DNA of 64,000 bases from Octopus sinensis (taxonomy: Eukaryota): the NCBI RefSeq assembly GCF_006345805.1, contig NC_042998.1:24428001-24492000 (forward strand), given 5' to 3'. The notes beneath the pieces are model-generated. The model was not told the DNA's origin. It did no database searches and saw only the letters and a program-made list of their open reading frames with translations. Position numbers and translations under genes: made by a program. How positions within the stretch are numbered: position 1 is the stretch's first letter; every line of letters begins with the position of its first letter. This document shows positions 60,701 to 64,000 of this stretch, piece after piece.

Positions 60701-60899
60701 TGGTTAACGTTTTAATTGTTCCAATCATTGGACTGTGGCCATACTGGAACACCACTTTAAATGGTTTGATAGGATAAATCAACCCCAGTACTTATTTTGT
60801 CCCCAAAACTATCAGTCACTTAATTGAATAGGCACATAAATAAACTCAAATGTTTGTCAAGCAGTGGTGAGGACAAAACAAACACACACAAACATACAC

Positions 60900-61226
60900 A
60901 GGAGCACTCTGTTGGTTATGACAACAAGGGTCCCAGCTGATACAATCAATGGAATAGCATGCTCATGAAATTAACAGGCAAGTGGTTGAGCACTCCACGG
61001 ACACTTGGACCCTTAATGAAGTTCTCAGGGAGATTCAGCATGACACAGTGTGTGACAATGCTGGCCCTTTGAATTAGAGGTACAATTCATTTTTGCCAGC
61101 TGAGTGGACTGGAGCAATGTGAAATAAAGTTTCTTGCTTAAGGACACAACGCATTGCCAGGAATTGAACTCAAGACCTTACAATCGTGAGCAGAATGCCC
61201 TAACCACTAAACCATGTGCCTTCACT
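60900..61226 (-). mobile_element. SINE family C variant
   Basis: It is an inverted homologue of 6827-7140. Confidence 0.82.
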
Positions 61227-61679
61227 CCACATACACATACATACACATATACAAACATACATATATTTTGCTCTATCCAGATTACAAGTTCAGGTTTATA
61301 ACTGTAATTATGGGGGCTCTGGGAAATGTAACACACTGCCTAAATACCAATCTTGAGAAATTAGGCTTCTGAAAACCAGGAAGGAAAAAGCTAATTCGAA
61401 GATTACTGATCCAATCCATCACTGGAACTGTAAAAATCTGTAAAGCTTTCCAGAAATTTATCGTTTAAATATATATGAGCATGTCTACATATGCAACTAT
61501 ATGCATGAGAATACATACATAAAGGAAAACATGCATACAAACAAAAATACCCTGTTGTTGATGTTGAAATTCCAATGAAGGAGCCCTGGATTTAGGTTAG
61601 AAACTTGTTCTTTTTCACTATTGGCAAGAAATCTTGAAATAAAACTGAATAATTATATACATTCATATATACACGCACG

Positions 61680-61836
61680 ATAGGCTTCCACACAGTTTCC
61701 ATTTACCAAATTCACTCACAAGGCATTGGCTGACTGAGGATTATAGTAGAAGACACTTGCTCAAGTTGCTGCATAGTAAGAACTGAATCCTAAAATCCAC
61801 ATTGTTGCAAGGCAAATGTCTTAATCACACAGCCAT
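61680..61836 (-). mobile_element. SINE family A head, old
   Basis: CACTCACAAGGC...GAAGACACTTGC...CACACAGCCATG. Confidence 0.7.
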
Positions 61837-61901
61837 GTCTTATTATATTTGAGATTACATTGTATACAAGTGAAGTAAAGTTTGTTGCCTAAGTCATGTA
61901 A

Positions 61902-62294
61902 TCTCTCTCTATATAAAGCTGACGTTGTCTGTGTATGGCAGGTTTGGTAGCCTTCAACTAACACTATCTCCTCCGAGACCCTGCAGCACAAGTTGACCAA
62001 AATTGAGAGTATGATAGAAGAAGGCTTGCTCTTCATTCCGTAGAAGACAAAATTCAAATCGGACCATGTTAACACCAAAAATTATTTACATCAAAAAGGT
62101 GCTTTTTTTTCTATGAAAATACCTACTTTTTACGATTTTTTTACTCCTGTGTCGCCATTTTTCGGTGTATTTCAACCAGAAAAATATTCACTTAAAGAGA
62201 ATAACAAGCTACATAATGCAAAAGTTTTACTTTTCAAAAATTCCAATTCTAAAGGGTCGAAACAAACCTAAGCAACGCCGGGCAATACTGCTAC
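61902..62294 (+). mobile_element. Non-autonomous Helitron, second family
   Basis: It runs A|TCTCTCTCTATATAAAG...CCTAAGCAACGCCGGGCAATACTGCTAC|T, the same 3' terminus as 42535 with CTAG changed to CTAC. Confidence 0.8.
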
Positions 62295-62589
62295 TAAATG
62301 ATAAAGCTAATATTAGAATATTAAATGTCTCATAAGCTGTATGATTTCATGGTGTTAGTTTATAAGAGATAAATCTTCTCTTAGAGAAAGTACTTATCTG
62401 TCATGTGTAACATCCTTAGATTACCTCGTACTCCAGTCACAAACGTATATAAACGAGTCTAGTTCAAGCAATGATCACTTGGGTATTTTGCTGATGAAAT
62501 GAATGCATATTTCTTTTTGTTAAAATAAAATCTATAGTTGCTGCGTTTTTCTACAAAGTAGACATAGTTACAGGTAAGTGGATGATTTG

Positions 62590-62825
62590 GGTACTACTTG
62601 AGAACAGTGTGCGCACTCGCGTAGTCGCGCATCCGCGCTAGCTAGTCGTGACTAGTCGATCCTTACTTTGTTTTTGTGTTTTATTTACTTTGTGTAAAAA
62701 AATTTATTTTGTGTTTTATTTACTTTGCTAGGTAGTCGTTGTAAGATCGACTAGTCACGATTAGCTATCGCGGATGCGCGACTACGCGAGTGCGCGCACC
62801 GGGACCACTGTTCTCAAGTAGTACC
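62590..62825. mobile_element. CpG-rich TIR MITE, Merlin-like (GGTAC termini, 9-bp TSD)
   Basis: It has ~80-bp TIRs GGTACTACTTGAGAACAGTG..., and flanks GATGATTTG (62581-62589) and GATAATTTG (62826-62834). Confidence 0.85.
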
Positions 62826-63764
62826 GATAATTTGAATTAATTGTATTAGAAAGTCAGTTGGTAATGTATTTTCTAATAGAACACGAGAAGTTTTTATCCA
62901 TGTAGTGTAGCTAAAACTTAATCAATTTCTACTGCAAATTTTGTGGTTTATGGTTTTGGAGAGTGAAGCGAGATTAATTTAAAGAACTCGAAATCTACGT
63001 TCCTTTTAACCCTTACATTATATACGAGATTATATCACGTAATGCGCTGTTTCCTACTTTACGTTTTGAAATATTAGATGCACGCTGATATTGCATTTTC
63101 TCTAAGAATTCAATGTTCCGTGGAGATGCATTTTAATAATGAGAAGCACTGACAAACGGGTTTCCTTAGTAATGTTAGGAATTACAAAAAATATTAGGCA
63201 GGAGTGTGGAATTCTTATTTATTTAGCATAATTTTCATTAGGTTAATGATAAAGGTTGATATTTTGTCTCACCATTGAAAGTAATGTCTAAAAATTAGCT
63301 ATACCAAGAACAGTATCTACTGTAAAGCGTACGCTTATTTCCTTAAATAGCTTTATTAGATCTTTCCTAATTCTGGCTATTTCATATCCACTCATATTTC
63401 GTGAGTCCATCTTCTCTATAAATTCCACCCAACCTTTCTGTAAAGTGTCCTTTGCCTATAATGACAAGGATATAAATGTCTCTAATTTGCACAATTGAAC
63501 CGCATTAAATTAGCCTATGCAAGTATCAAATAATTTATCTTGTTTTTGTTTTACTTATCCAAGCGGAATTATCGAAAGGTAAATGAGTTTTCTTGAACGC
63601 CTATTTATATTAATGTTTGATTCGTCAATCGTTACAATTGTATTTGCAAAGGTCAAAGTGTTAGAGTGAAGGAATAGCCATACAAAAACCGGTTATGTCA
63701 AGTTATGTAAATTTACAATACTACTTACCATGGACTCTTCAAAACCATTTAGTGAAGGCTGTGA

Positions 63765-63975
63765 GCTGACAACATCGTTAGCAGGCTAGGCAAAATGCTT
63801 AGCGGTATTTCGTCTTTATCCACCTACCTGTAACTATGTCTGTATGTACGTTCTGAGCTAAAATTCCGTTGAGGTCGATTTTGCCATTTATCCTTTCGGA
63901 GATCGATAAAATAAGCATCAGTTGAGTACTGGGGAAGTCGATTAAATTACTGGCCTTGTGCCAAAATTTGAAACA
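63765..63975 (+). mobile_element. SINE family B, old
   Basis: AAGGCTGTGAGCTGAC...GAGGTCGATTTTGCC...GATAAAATAAG. Confidence 0.78.
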
Positions 63976-64000
63976 CCTGTTTCCATATAGTTGTTTCGTA

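Noticed and set aside
1-64000. Prokaryotic, phage or organellar origin, or defence system
   Set aside because: There are no operon-like ORFs, and the SINE, LINE and microsatellite content is unambiguously animal nuclear DNA.

Overview
AT-rich eukaryotic genomic DNA dominated by repeats. It is most likely from an octopus (Octopus sp.), inferred from the tRNA-derived SINE families and the heavy microsatellite load; this needs a database search to confirm. I could not recognise any intact host protein-coding gene. Almost all ORFs in the supplied track are microsatellite or SINE artefacts, or transposon relics. The window contains: a triple nest at 1-3.75 kb (R4/Dong-like RLE non-LTR element, interrupted by a Ty3/Gypsy LTR element, itself interrupted by a mariner); a full-length decayed mariner; CR1-like and RTE LINE remnants; about 50 SINE copies or fragments in four families; piggyBac-, hAT-, mariner- and Merlin-like MITEs; Helitron and Helentron non-autonomous elements; several fold-back palindromes; and long tri- and dinucleotide arrays. 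The main hunt result is nine complete and two truncated minimal type I hammerhead-ribozyme (HHR) folds in five unrelated short repeat families, probably Penelope-like (PLE) related. All five share an extra nucleotide after the CUGANGA box, and four have a loop-less palindromic helix III. One family carries a compensatory U3-A8 core. Another is a head-to-head palindromic element that fuses a tRNA-like Pol III head to an HHR. Other notable items are a ~215-bp apparent target-site duplication, a LINE/SINE shared 3' tail, local sequence capture inside a hAT MITE, and a candidate recursive splice site. Coordinates of old SINE copies and microsatellites are approximate (about +/-10-20 nt). Family letters A-J are my own labels.
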